A DNA stretch of 64,000 nt. Source: Bryobacteraceae bacterium. Its GTDB lineage: Bacteria > Acidobacteriota > Terriglobia > Bryobacterales > Bryobacteraceae. Position numbers and translations under genes: made by a program. Location of the stretch: NCBI GenBank assembly GCA_035508655.1, contig DATJMP010000123.1:6386-70385 (forward strand). The letters are read 5' to 3'. The number at the start of each line of letters is the position of its first letter. Position 1 is the first letter of the stretch. The notes beneath the pieces were generated by a model. It was given only the letters and a program-made list of their open reading frames with translations. It made no database searches and had not been told where the DNA came from. Of this stretch, positions 8,790 through 17,392 are shown piece by piece.

Positions 8790-9656
8790 TTAAGTAGCCC
8801 TGTTTTTTTTCGCTGTTGCGTTCACGGAAGCCGCCCAGGCGGTTCGCAGGCCTTCCATCACTTCCGCTGGAACGTGCAGGTTCCCATTGATCCCCGTCCC
8901 CAGACGCACGCCCGGCTTCACCGCGCCGTGGAAATCCGAGCCGCCTGTAACCAGAAGCCCGAACCGCCGCGCTAACCCCAGATAAACGGCCGTATCGGCC
9001 GCCGAGTGGTCGGTGTGATACGCCTCTATCGCATTCAGCCCGCGCGCGCAGAGCGATGGCAGCAGTTCCGCAAGGTCGGCGTTCACACGAATCGGGTGCG
9101 CCAGAGATGCGACTCCTCCCGCCCACCGGATCCGTTCCGCCGCCTCCGCCAGGTCCGGCTCGTGCCGGTAGACATATGCTGTCGCCGACTCGTCCAGGTA
9201 ATCGTCGAACGCCTGCCGGAAGTTCGAAACGTAGCCCTTATCCACCATGAGACGGGCGAAATGTGGACGTCCCGTCATCCCGCGACCGAGCGCTTCGGCT
9301 TCCTCCAGCGTGATGTCGAAGCCAAGTTCCCGCAAGCGCGCCGCCAGACGAATGTTCCGGTCCCGTCGCGAAACTTGTAAGTCGAGCACCCACTGCCGGA
9401 AACCCTCGATGCCGTCCCCGCCTGGAAAGTATCCGAGCAGATGCACGGACCTCCCGTTCAGCTTGCTGGACAGCTCGATTCCGCAAACCAGCTCCAGGCT
9501 GGGGGGCGTCAGCCCGACGGCTTGGTCGTACCCCGCGAATGTGTCGTGGTCGGAAATGGCCAGCACGCGGATTCCACACTGGACCGCCTCTTCAATAAGC
9601 TGTGCGGGAGATAGAGTCCCGTCTGATTGGTTGGTATGCGAATGGAGATCGATCAA
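8790..9656 (-). CDS. PHP-domain phosphoesterase (TrpH/YciV-like)
   Basis: MIDLHSHTNQSDGTLSP...LAISDHDT...HSAADT...GGSDFHG shows PHP metal-binding His/Asp motifs. Confidence 0.85.
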   Translation of the reverse strand: MIDLHSHTNQSDGTLSPAQLIEEAVQCGIRVLAISDHDTFAGYDQAVGLTPPSLELVCGIELSSKLNGRSVHLLGYFPGGDGIEGFRQWVLDLQVSRRDRNIRLAARLRELGFDITLEEAEALGRGMTGRPHFARLMVDKGYVSNFRQAFDDYLDESATAYVYRHEPDLAEAAERIRWAGGVASLAHPIRVNADLAELLPSLCARGLNAIEAYHTDHSAADTAVYLGLARRFGLLVTGGSDFHGAVKPGVRLGTGINGNLHVPAEVMEGLRTAWAASVNATAKKNRAT

Positions 9657-9768
9657 AACTGACCCGGCCTTGCATTCGTCCCGGCGTTGCGCCGAGATCG
9701 ATTTTCCAGTTTAGCCCAGGTCCACGGCGCAATTTGGGGCTGGATGTCGTCCAGCCCCGTTCAAACGG

Positions 9769-10260
9769 CTAGCGAAGACGATACGAAAACTCCGCCCGCT
9801 CCTCGCGCAGCTTCTCGAGATCCAGTTCCTCGGCCAGAGACAGATCGAGCACGGTCACCCGCTGGCCCTCGCGAAGTTCCTGCAGGCGCACCTCTCTTCC
9901 GTTCTGGAACCGCACCGCGTCGCGATAGCTGTTCACAGCGGCCGTGATCTGCGTAAATGTCACTTCTTCCACAGGGCCGATGCTAAACTCGTGCTGCAGC
10001 CGCGCCGGAATGTCGGCTAGCCGCAGGCGCGCGCCCGGCGGAATGCAGACCGCCGGAACCGGCTCCGCTTTGGGCGGATTGAAGAAATCCTTCACCGCGC
10101 TCCAAAAACTGCGTTTTACCGGAGCCGGAGCGTCGGCAATCCGCCGCAGATCGCATGGGGAAGCCAGCCCCAGCGAACCCGTCGGAAACCGGTGCGCCAC
10201 CAGTTCCTCCCCCTCTTGTGCCAAACGGTTGGGCACGTTCATCAGCGAGTAGTCACACAT
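9769..10260 (-). CDS. Conserved hypothetical protein (163 aa)
   Basis: Clean ORF starting MCDYSLMNVPNRLAQEGEELV. No domain recognised from sequence alone. Confidence 0.65.
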   Translation of the reverse strand: MCDYSLMNVPNRLAQEGEELVAHRFPTGSLGLASPCDLRRIADAPAPVKRSFWSAVKDFFNPPKAEPVPAVCIPPGARLRLADIPARLQHEFSIGPVEEVTFTQITAAVNSYRDAVRFQNGREVRLQELREGQRVTVLDLSLAEELDLEKLREERAEFSYRLR

Positions 10261-10320
10261 GATTCTTTAACCTCCTGTTAATTTTGCAAGTGGATCCCGC
10301 AGAGACCCACCCCCAATGCG

Positions 10321-10818
10321 CTACCTGGCGGACTTCGCCTCTTCGTTGATGTACGACTCTGCCAGGGCCGTCAATTTCTTGTCCGTCTCACCTTCCTCCT
10401 GAAGGGTCTCATGGAGCAGGCGAGCTTGACCGTCATATCCCAGACGCCGGGCATAGTTTCGCGCCGTGCCGTACGCCGCAATCTCGTAGTGCTCGACGCG
10501 CTGTGCCGAACCGATCAACCCGGCATCGCAAACGGCCGCCGGAGAATCTTCGCTCATCAGGTCTTCGCCTTCGTCGATAATACCCTCGACCCCTTTGCAT
10601 TTGCGGCCTTTGGGTGATTCATCGAGTTGCTGAAAGATCTGCTCCAGCCGTTCGACCTGACGGCGGGTCTGCTCCAGATGGGTCTCGAAAGCGTTGCGCA
10701 GTTCCTGCGAACTGGCTGCTTCCGACATCTTGGGTAGGGCCTTTATGATGCGGTTCTCCGCGTCGTATAAGTCCTTCAGTTCCATAACATACAGGTCGTG
10801 CAGAGAGTTGATTTTCAT
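10321..10818 (-). CDS. Ferritin-like DUF892 protein (YciE/YciF family stress protein)
   Basis: Track ORF trimmed to MKINSLHDLYVMELKDLYDAENRIIKALPKM, the typical family N-terminus. GGAGGGGG Shine-Dalgarno sits upstream of ATG 10818. Confidence 0.85.
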   Translation of the reverse strand: MKINSLHDLYVMELKDLYDAENRIIKALPKMSEAASSQELRNAFETHLEQTRRQVERLEQIFQQLDESPKGRKCKGVEGIIDEGEDLMSEDSPAAVCDAGLIGSAQRVEHYEIAAYGTARNYARRLGYDGQARLLHETLQEEGETDKKLTALAESYINEEAKSAR

Positions 10819-10903
10819 TGATCCGCCCCCTCCTACTTTGAGTTTCGGTTTGGCGGCCGGAAATGACAAGGTATCGGGGACTATCGAGGTCCGATTGATA
10901 ACC

Positions 10904-10925
10904 TAAAACGCGTGCGAAGCCGCAC
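10904..10925 (-). terminator. Weak intrinsic-terminator-like hairpin inside the 10.82-11.2 kb non-coding gap
   Basis: Minus strand reads GUGCG-GCUU-CGCAC followed by GCGUUUUA. Only a 5-bp stem and U4. Confidence 0.3.
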
Positions 10926-11205
10926 AAATCGGGCAGAACGTTAGCCTAAGGCTAGAACGTCGACGGAAGCTCCACGACAAAGGCTCGGCGAAACGTGCCA
11001 GGGACCCCCGTGGGAGTGCCTGCTCCCGTCCTCTTCCCTTTGTGACACGAGCGGAGAGCGGATCAAGCTAAGAAGGTAACTGATTCGACTTAGTCAGTAA
11101 GTTATGGAATAGGATCGCTCAAAGATCCACTTAACCGTAGCACACGCCCGCGCGAATAAGTCAAAATCCGCCTTAACTTATTGGCCGCATGCCTGCCCAC
11201 ATGAC

Positions 11206-12477
11206 TTATACGAACTTATAATCGCCTGGAACGGGTAGTGGCGGTACACCAAATGAGGCCTTGTAATCGAAGCTCTTCGGCAGTAAATCGAGCTGCGACT
11301 GGAGCATCATCTCCCACGTCACTTTGCGGCCCGAATACGCGGCCTCTCGCGCCATCAGGCAGGTCATAGTGCTCTCGGCAACGGCCATCGCTTCGTTCAG
11401 GTACGGCCCCTTGCCAAGAATGCTGCCGACCATGTCGATGTGCTCCTGGACGTACGGATCGAACGGTAGCTGCATCCCCCGCAGCGCGGCCGAATCGACG
11501 ACGCCCCGCGCGCACACGATCCGCTCGCTCACGTTCTGTTCCGCCGGAGCGCGGTATTGCCGGCATTGGCTGGACATGTGGACGCCGTTGGGGTAAACGA
11601 AATCGGCGTGCAGGTGGTCATAGATATTGCCGTACTCCTCTTCGCGCGGCCGCCACGCTGCGCCGCCGCTGGCGATGACCTCCACCGGATGAGTCCCCAT
11701 GAACCAATTGCATACGTCGATATTGTGCAGGTGCTGCTCCACCACCTGATCGCCCGAGAGCCAGGCGAAGGAATACCAGTTGCGGTGTTGGAATTCCATG
11801 TCGCCCCACTGAGGATCGCGCTTATGATTGGGGAACATCGGCGCCATGAAGTTCAGCACCGGCGAGCCCACCCAATTCGCGTCCAATGCTACGACATCGC
11901 CGTATTCGCCGCCCTTTAAGCGCTTGTACTGGTCCAGATACCACGTCTGGGAGCGCCGCTGCGCCCCCGATTTCACCGTGAGCTTACGCTGCTCCGATTT
12001 CTTCGCCGCCTCCATAAAACGCCGCAGATTGACGGGATCGGTGGCGAACGGCTTTTCGCAGAATACATGCTTGCCGGCTTCGATAGCGGCTTCGAAGTGC
12101 ATCGGCCGGTACGCCGGATAAGTCGCGAGCATGACGATATCGGCCGACTCGATCACTTTCTTGTAAGCGTCGAAGCCCACGAAGTGATGCTCGGGATCGA
12201 CCTTTACCCGGCTCGAAAGCGCCGGATCGAGCGCCTGGGATTTGCGCAGGCAGTCCTCCAGCCGGTCTTCGAAAATATCTCCCAGCGCTACAATCTCGAC
12301 GTTGTCGCAGCCGGTGAGAAGATTCTGGATGGCCTGCGTGCCGCGGCCGCCGCAACCCACCAGTCCGGCTTTCAATTTCTCATTGCCCGCGCCCCGCACC
12401 AGTTCCGGTTTGACAATCTGGAACGCGGCGGCTCCGGCGGCGGCGGAAGACAGAAACGACCTGCGCGATACGTTCAT
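11206..12477 (-). CDS. Gfo/Idh/MocA family oxidoreductase with Tat signal
   Basis: MNVSRRSFLSSAAAGAAAF (twin-Arg signal), then the Rossmann motif GLVGCGGRGTQA. 423 aa, typical of periplasmic Gfo/Idh/MocA enzymes. Confidence 0.9.
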   Translation of the reverse strand: MNVSRRSFLSSAAAGAAAFQIVKPELVRGAGNEKLKAGLVGCGGRGTQAIQNLLTGCDNVEIVALGDIFEDRLEDCLRKSQALDPALSSRVKVDPEHHFVGFDAYKKVIESADIVMLATYPAYRPMHFEAAIEAGKHVFCEKPFATDPVNLRRFMEAAKKSEQRKLTVKSGAQRRSQTWYLDQYKRLKGGEYGDVVALDANWVGSPVLNFMAPMFPNHKRDPQWGDMEFQHRNWYSFAWLSGDQVVEQHLHNIDVCNWFMGTHPVEVIASGGAAWRPREEEYGNIYDHLHADFVYPNGVHMSSQCRQYRAPAEQNVSERIVCARGVVDSAALRGMQLPFDPYVQEHIDMVGSILGKGPYLNEAMAVAESTMTCLMAREAAYSGRKVTWEMMLQSQLDLLPKSFDYKASFGVPPLPVPGDYKFV

Positions 12478-12576
12478 AGGCAGACCTCGAATTCAGAATC
12501 ATTTTATCCGAATTCAAGGCTCCCTACGCGTACCCGGTCCGAGCCTGTCGCAGCAACATGAGAAGTTCCGGTATGA

Positions 12577-12597
12577 GCAAAGTAGAAAGTTCCTGTT
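12577..12597. repeat. Left inverted repeat of the IS (gcaaagtagaaagttcctgtt)
   Basis: Its reverse complement aacaggaactttctactttgc matches aacaggaagtttctactttgc at 14016-14036 (20/21). A more degenerate second copy lies at about 12550-12575. Confidence 0.7.
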
Positions 12598-12617
12598 GAG
12601 GTCGGCGACCCTGGGGG

Positions 12618-13934
12618 GTGGCCGAGGAACAGGAGCAGTTGTTGCTGACGCAGAAGGAACGGGATCGGCTAAAGGTGCTGCACGAAGTGAAGCAGGGCCA
12701 TTTGACGCAGATTGCGGCGGCCGAGCAGCTCGGGATCAGCGAGCGATGGGTGCGGGAAATGGTGCGGCGCGTGCGAAAGAGGGGCGATCGGGCAGTGGTG
12801 CACGGGTTGCGCGGCAAGCCGTCGAAACGGCGCTGGAAAGCCAAGGTGAGGGATCGGGCGGTAGCGATCTACCGCAAGGAATATGGCGATTTCGGGCCGA
12901 CACTGGCGGCAGAGTATTTGACGGAAAAGCATCAGATCACCGTCAGCAGGGAGACTTTGCGGAAATCTCTGATCGAGGCTGGGGTATGGAAAGCGAAGCC
13001 ACGGCAGGTCAAAGAGGTACACACGTGGCGTCCGCGGCGCAGTTGCCGCGGCGAGTTGGTGCAGTGGGATACCAGCATTCACGACTGGCTGGAGGGGCGC
13101 AGCCGGGAGCCGTTGAAGCTGATCGCGATGATTGACGATGCCACCAGCGAGCTGTTTGCCTGCTTTGTGAGCGAGGACTCGACTGCCGAGCATATGCGCG
13201 TGCTGCGATGCTACCTGGAGCGCAACGGCCGGCCGCTGGCATTTTACACGGATAAGGCTGGATTGTTTCGGGTGAACGCGCGGCGCAAGGGGTATAGCGA
13301 GGAGAGGACCGAGGAGGGGGAAAGCCAGATCGGACGAGCCCTGCGGGAGTTGGGCATCGAGCTGATCCACGCCCATTCGCCGCAGGCCAAAGGACGGGTG
13401 GAGCGATGTTTCGGGACACTGCAAGACCGACTGGTGAAAGGGTTGCGGAAAGCTGGAGTGAGAAGCCTGGCGGAGGCGAACCGATATCTGGAGAAGGTAT
13501 TTCTGCCGGCCTGGCAGAAACGGTTCCGCCGCGCGCCGGCCAGCCCGGTGGATGCGCACCGGCCGGCGGCAGAGCGGCAGGATTTGGACAGCACCCTCAG
13601 CCACGTGGAAAACCGGCGGGTCGCCAACAACTACACCGTGAGCTGGGACGGCAAGGCGTACCAGATCCCCCGGGAGGCGGTTCGGCCGGGACTGCGCTCG
13701 TCATGGGTACGGGTCGAAGGACGGCTGGACGGCACGGTATGGGCGCGGATCGGCGAGCAGGCGATGGAATTGCGGCGATGCGAACCAGCGCTGCCGGAGG
13801 TAAAACTAAAAACCCCGGCGGACGTACGCAGAGATTACAACCGCGGTGGGAAGAGCGCGTGGATGAAGGACTTCGATTTGAAGACCGGTCCGCCGGATTG
13901 GGCGGTCGCCCAGGCAGTGCGGCGGGCCGGATGA
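12618..13934 (+). CDS. ISNCY-family DDE transposase (rve integrase core)
   Basis: 438 aa with GTG start. N-terminal HTH (LTQIAAAEQLGISERWVREMV). DDE core ...WDTSIHDW...IAMIDDATSE...FYTDKAGLF...HSPQAKGRVERCFGTLQDRL. Confidence 0.9.
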   Translation: MAEEQEQLLLTQKERDRLKVLHEVKQGHLTQIAAAEQLGISERWVREMVRRVRKRGDRAVVHGLRGKPSKRRWKAKVRDRAVAIYRKEYGDFGPTLAAEYLTEKHQITVSRETLRKSLIEAGVWKAKPRQVKEVHTWRPRRSCRGELVQWDTSIHDWLEGRSREPLKLIAMIDDATSELFACFVSEDSTAEHMRVLRCYLERNGRPLAFYTDKAGLFRVNARRKGYSEERTEEGESQIGRALRELGIELIHAHSPQAKGRVERCFGTLQDRLVKGLRKAGVRSLAEANRYLEKVFLPAWQKRFRRAPASPVDAHRPAAERQDLDSTLSHVENRRVANNYTVSWDGKAYQIPREAVRPGLRSSWVRVEGRLDGTVWARIGEQAMELRRCEPALPEVKLKTPADVRRDYNRGGKSAWMKDFDLKTGPPDWAVAQAVRRAG

Positions 13935-13983
13935 GCCGACCGGTTTGGCGCCAACTCCAGTCGCCCTACGGGCTCCTTCCGTC

Positions 13984-14118
13984 GGCGCCAAACCGGAAGC
14001 TCTTATTTTGCTGGAAACAGGAAGTTTCTACTTTGCCTTGACAGTCCGGCGCCAGTCCGGCGCCAAACCGGAAGTTTTCACTTTGCTGGAAACCGGAAGT
14101 TTCTACTTTGCCTTGACA
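13984..14118. repeat. Tandem duplication of the IS right end (two 60-nt units, period 75 nt)
   Basis: Units 13984-14043 and 14059-14118 are near-identical (ggcgccaaaccggaag...ctggaaac[a/c]ggaagtttctactttgccttgaca). Each holds two about 21-nt AACCGGAAGTTTCTACTTTGC-like subrepeats, starting at 13991, 14016, 14066 and 14091. Confidence 0.8.
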
Positions 14119-14148
14119 CGAAAGCGCCGCGACACGAAGGCGCCGCGG

Positions 14149-15606
14149 CTAGACGGCTACGGCGTGCCGAGCTTCGGTGCGAGGGCGCGGAGCCGGGCGG
14201 CGGGAGGCGGCGCGGTGGAGTTCCTCGTAGGATGCGTGCATGAAGTCGCGCAGGCGCTCGACGTCGGGAACTACTTTGGCATCGGCGGTGAAACCGCAAT
14301 AGAGCTGCCCGTCATAGCTCTGCACCGCGCAGTTTACGCCGAGTTCATAGCCGGTCGGAACGTGCGGATAGGACGCGATCATACGGCGGCCGACGGCGTA
14401 CAGCGGCGTGGGCGAGCCCGGAACGTTGGTGCAGATCATGTGGAGGAGCGGTACCGGCAGCGGAAGTTGGGGGATGGCCTTCCAGAACAGGGCCTGGAGC
14501 GGCGGCGGCGCGGCGCCCAGCCAGCTTGCCAGTAGCGCGATCAGGTGCGCTGCGTGGGCATTTTTCATGACCTCGGTGCGGGCGGAAACTTCGCGCAGGG
14601 TGCGGATGGGACTCGCAATGCCGAGCGGGAGCGCCACGGGGAGGAAAGTGATTTGGTTGCCCATGGTTTGGCCGCCATCCTGGCGGACGTTGACCGGGCA
14701 CATCACGCGCAGGAAGCGACCGGCCGGGGACTCGCCGTGAAGGCGCACATACTGCGAGACGGCACGGGCGAGGATACTGAGCAGGACGTCATTGGCCGTG
14801 CCGCCGGCCCGCTCGCGAATGGCCTGCACACCGGCGAAGGGAAATTCGGTCCAACAGAATTTGCGCTCGTCCGAGCAGGGCCTGTTGAAGACGAACCGGC
14901 CGGACGACGCCGCCATTTCCGGCAGCAGAGTGATCAGCTTTTCGAATGCCTCCCGCGTGCGGGGTTCCGTCAATGTCTGGGAGAAACTGAGCAGAACCGC
15001 TTCCGCCGAGATCATACTTTCGAGCGAACTGTGCACGCCGCTAGCGAGGGCATCCACGATGGATTGGCTGGGCGCGACGACGCCGGCCGGCTTGCGGCGC
15101 GGCTTGCGCAGGGCGTGCGAGCCGGCGGGCGTGGCGTCCAGGATGATCTTCATGATGGAAGCACCGGCCACGCCGTCGGCCAGCGAATGGTGGATGCGCA
15201 CGATGGCAGCGCCCTTTCCGCCCTCGAGGCCATCGACAAGGTGTATATCCCAGAGCGGCTTGCGGCGATCCATTACCTGGCTGAGAATATGGCCGGCCAG
15301 CGCTTCCAATTCGGGCTGGCCGCCGGGATGATCCAGATGATGCCGGAAAATGTGGCGGCGGATGTTGAAACCGGGGTCGTCCTGCCAGGTGGGGTAGCCG
15401 AGGTGGAAGGGTGGATCGGCCACCACCTGGCGGTAGCGCGGCAGCAGGTGAAGCCTGGAGTCGATGGCGCGCACGAACGGCTGGAACGGGATCTCGCCCT
15501 CGAAAATGCAGACGGCGGCGATGTGTAAGGGTATCTCCTTACGTTCGAGATAGAGAAAAGCAGCGTCTACCCCGGAGAGGCGCCGGGCCAAATCTGGGGA
15601 CGGCAT
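14149..15606 (-). CDS. Wax ester synthase / diacylglycerol acyltransferase (WS/DGAT)
   Basis: 485 aa; N-terminal LSGVDAAFLYLE and catalytic HHSLADG (HHxxxDG). Confidence 0.9.
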   Translation of the reverse strand: MPSPDLARRLSGVDAAFLYLERKEIPLHIAAVCIFEGEIPFQPFVRAIDSRLHLLPRYRQVVADPPFHLGYPTWQDDPGFNIRRHIFRHHLDHPGGQPELEALAGHILSQVMDRRKPLWDIHLVDGLEGGKGAAIVRIHHSLADGVAGASIMKIILDATPAGSHALRKPRRKPAGVVAPSQSIVDALASGVHSSLESMISAEAVLLSFSQTLTEPRTREAFEKLITLLPEMAASSGRFVFNRPCSDERKFCWTEFPFAGVQAIRERAGGTANDVLLSILARAVSQYVRLHGESPAGRFLRVMCPVNVRQDGGQTMGNQITFLPVALPLGIASPIRTLREVSARTEVMKNAHAAHLIALLASWLGAAPPPLQALFWKAIPQLPLPVPLLHMICTNVPGSPTPLYAVGRRMIASYPHVPTGYELGVNCAVQSYDGQLYCGFTADAKVVPDVERLRDFMHASYEELHRAASRRPAPRPRTEARHAVAV

Positions 15607-15665
15607 GGAGTTTGATCCTCTGGCGACCTTCCGGCCGGCTCAGAAGTTAGTGAGTCGGCGGTCGA

Positions 15666-15705
15666 TACGGATTACTTACCGCTTACAATCCGTACTCATC
15701 CGTAC
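15666..15705. promoter_or_regulatory. Candidate operator in the divergent WS/DGAT-aldehyde dehydrogenase promoter region
   Basis: TACGGATT (15666-15673), N13, AATCCGTA (15687-15694) form an inverted repeat. ATCCGTAC also occurs as a direct repeat at 15688-15695 and 15698-15705, 10 bp apart. The surrounding 184-bp gap is AT-richer. Confidence 0.4.
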
Positions 15706-15789
15706 GCATCAACAGCTAACTTCCAGTATTCATTCCTAAACGTATTAAGATCGATATATCCGATTTAAGAGTAGGATGTATCCTGATGC

Positions 15790-17343
15790 ATGTCAATGCG
15801 GGCTGAGGCGTCCAATCCGGATTTGTGGAAATATTTACAGAGCGATGTCGCGCTTGGCGGGGAATCTTACACACGGTTACCCGTGCGGGCTCCGTTCACC
15901 GGCGCGGTGGTGGCGCACATTCCGTGCGCGAGCGAAGCGGACGTGGACTCGGCGGTACGTCGGGCGCGCGAAGCCCAACCGGGGTGGGCGGCGGCCTCGC
16001 CGGCGGAGCGGGCGCGGATCTTTCTCCGCTTCCACGATCTCCTTCTGGACCGGCAGGACGAAGTGCTGGACCTGATCCAATGGGAAACGGGAAAGGCGCG
16101 CCGGCACGCGTTCGAAGAGATTCTGGACGCGGCCGTGGTAGCCCGGCACTACGCGCGGCACGCGGCACAGTTGCTCCGGCCTCGACGGCGCAGGGGCGCC
16201 ATACCGTTCTGCACCAAGACCTGGGAGATCCGCCACCCGATCGGGGTGGTAGGTTTCATCGTGCCGTGGAACTATCCGCTGAACCTTGCGGTCACGGATG
16301 CGAGCGCGGCACTGATGGCGGGGAATGCCGGCGTCCTTCGGCCCGATCCGCAAAGCAGCCTGACGGCGCTCTGGGCGGTGGCGCTGCTGCGGGAAGCGGG
16401 GCTGCCGCGAGATATCCTCGCTGTGGCGACTGGCGAAGGTGTTCTGCTGGGCGAAGCGCTCGTGGCGCGCGCCGATTACGTGATGTTCACCGGCAGCTCG
16501 CGGACCGGGCGGATTGTCGGGCGGCGGGCTGCGGAGCGGCTGATCGGATGCTCGCTGGAGCTCGGCGGCAAGAACCCGATGCTGGTGCTGGCGGACGCGG
16601 ATGTGGACAAGGCGGTGGAGGGCGCGGTGCGCGGCTGCTTTGCCGGCGCGGGGCAGGTGTGCGTTTCCATCGAGCGGATCTACGTGCAGGAATCGGTCTT
16701 GCCGCGGTTCCTGGAAGGCTTCGCGAAACGGGTCCGTGGAATGAAGCTGGGGCCGGAATTCGATTATTCGATCGAGATGGGCTCGCTGGCTTCGGACCGG
16801 CAACTGGCGCGCGTGGAGGAGCACGTCACGGATGCGCTGGCGAAAGGAGCGAAGCTGGTGGCCGGCGGGCGGCCGCGGCCGGACCTCGGGCCGTGGTTCT
16901 ATGAGCCTACCGTCTTCACCGGCGTCACTCCCGCGATGAAGCTGTTCGCGGAGGAGACGTTCGGGCCGGTGGTATCGGTCTATCCGTTCCGGGACGAGGA
17001 GGACGCGGTGCGGCTGGCGAATGCGAGCCGTTACGGGCTGAACGCGAGCGTCTGGACGCGCAATACGCGCCGAGGCGTGCGGCTGGCGCGCCGCATCGAA
17101 GCGGGCAGCGTGAATGTGAACGAGGCTTACGCGGCGGCATGGGGATCATCGGATGCACCGGCGGGAGGGAGGAAAGAATCCGGGCTTCACGCCCGCCACG
17201 GCGCCGAAGGCCTGCTGAAATACACGCAGCCGCAGACGGTGGCGGTGCAGCGGATCTTTCCGCTGGCGCCGCGGCACGATGCCGCCCGCTATGCGCGGGT
17301 CATGACACGGCTGGTGCGTTGGATGAAGTGGGCGAGGTTGTAG
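15790..17343 (+). CDS. NAD(P)-dependent aldehyde dehydrogenase (succinate-semialdehyde-dehydrogenase-like)
   Basis: 517 aa; ...VPWNYPL..., ELGGKNP, catalytic Cys context GQVCVSIERIYV, EETFGPV. Confidence 0.9.
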   Translation: MSMRAEASNPDLWKYLQSDVALGGESYTRLPVRAPFTGAVVAHIPCASEADVDSAVRRAREAQPGWAAASPAERARIFLRFHDLLLDRQDEVLDLIQWETGKARRHAFEEILDAAVVARHYARHAAQLLRPRRRRGAIPFCTKTWEIRHPIGVVGFIVPWNYPLNLAVTDASAALMAGNAGVLRPDPQSSLTALWAVALLREAGLPRDILAVATGEGVLLGEALVARADYVMFTGSSRTGRIVGRRAAERLIGCSLELGGKNPMLVLADADVDKAVEGAVRGCFAGAGQVCVSIERIYVQESVLPRFLEGFAKRVRGMKLGPEFDYSIEMGSLASDRQLARVEEHVTDALAKGAKLVAGGRPRPDLGPWFYEPTVFTGVTPAMKLFAEETFGPVVSVYPFRDEEDAVRLANASRYGLNASVWTRNTRRGVRLARRIEAGSVNVNEAYAAAWGSSDAPAGGRKESGLHARHGAEGLLKYTQPQTVAVQRIFPLAPRHDAARYARVMTRLVRWMKWARL

Positions 17344-17365
17344 GGCTGGGAGTTCCCGGCCCTAC
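17340..17365. terminator. GC-rich hairpin between convergent genes (possible bidirectional terminator)
   Basis: gtagggc (17340-17346) pairs with gccctac (17359-17365), plus inner ggg/ccc pairs. It overlaps the ALDH stop codon. No U-tract. Confidence 0.35.
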
Positions 17366-17392
17366 GGCCCCGGCCACGATGGCGCCGGAAGG

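Larger units (their letters stand above)
12547..14118 (+). mobile_element. ISNCY-family insertion sequence (boundaries approximate)
   Basis: Single transposase ORF flanked by inverted about 21-bp repeats (12577-12597 versus 14016-14037 and 14091-14112), with additional subterminal copies. I could not identify a target-site duplication. Confidence 0.75.

Noticed and set aside
10984-11001. TGGCAC on the minus strand as a sigma-54 -24 element upstream of the DUF892 gene
   Set aside because: The downstream GC dinucleotide is 2 nt too close (GG-N8-GC instead of GG-N10-GC), and there is no TTGC.
13984-14118. Short tandem repeats considered as a mini CRISPR array
   Set aside because: There are only two 60-nt units. 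The units match the IS terminal inverted repeat, there is no spacer-like unique sequence of regular length, and there are no cas genes.
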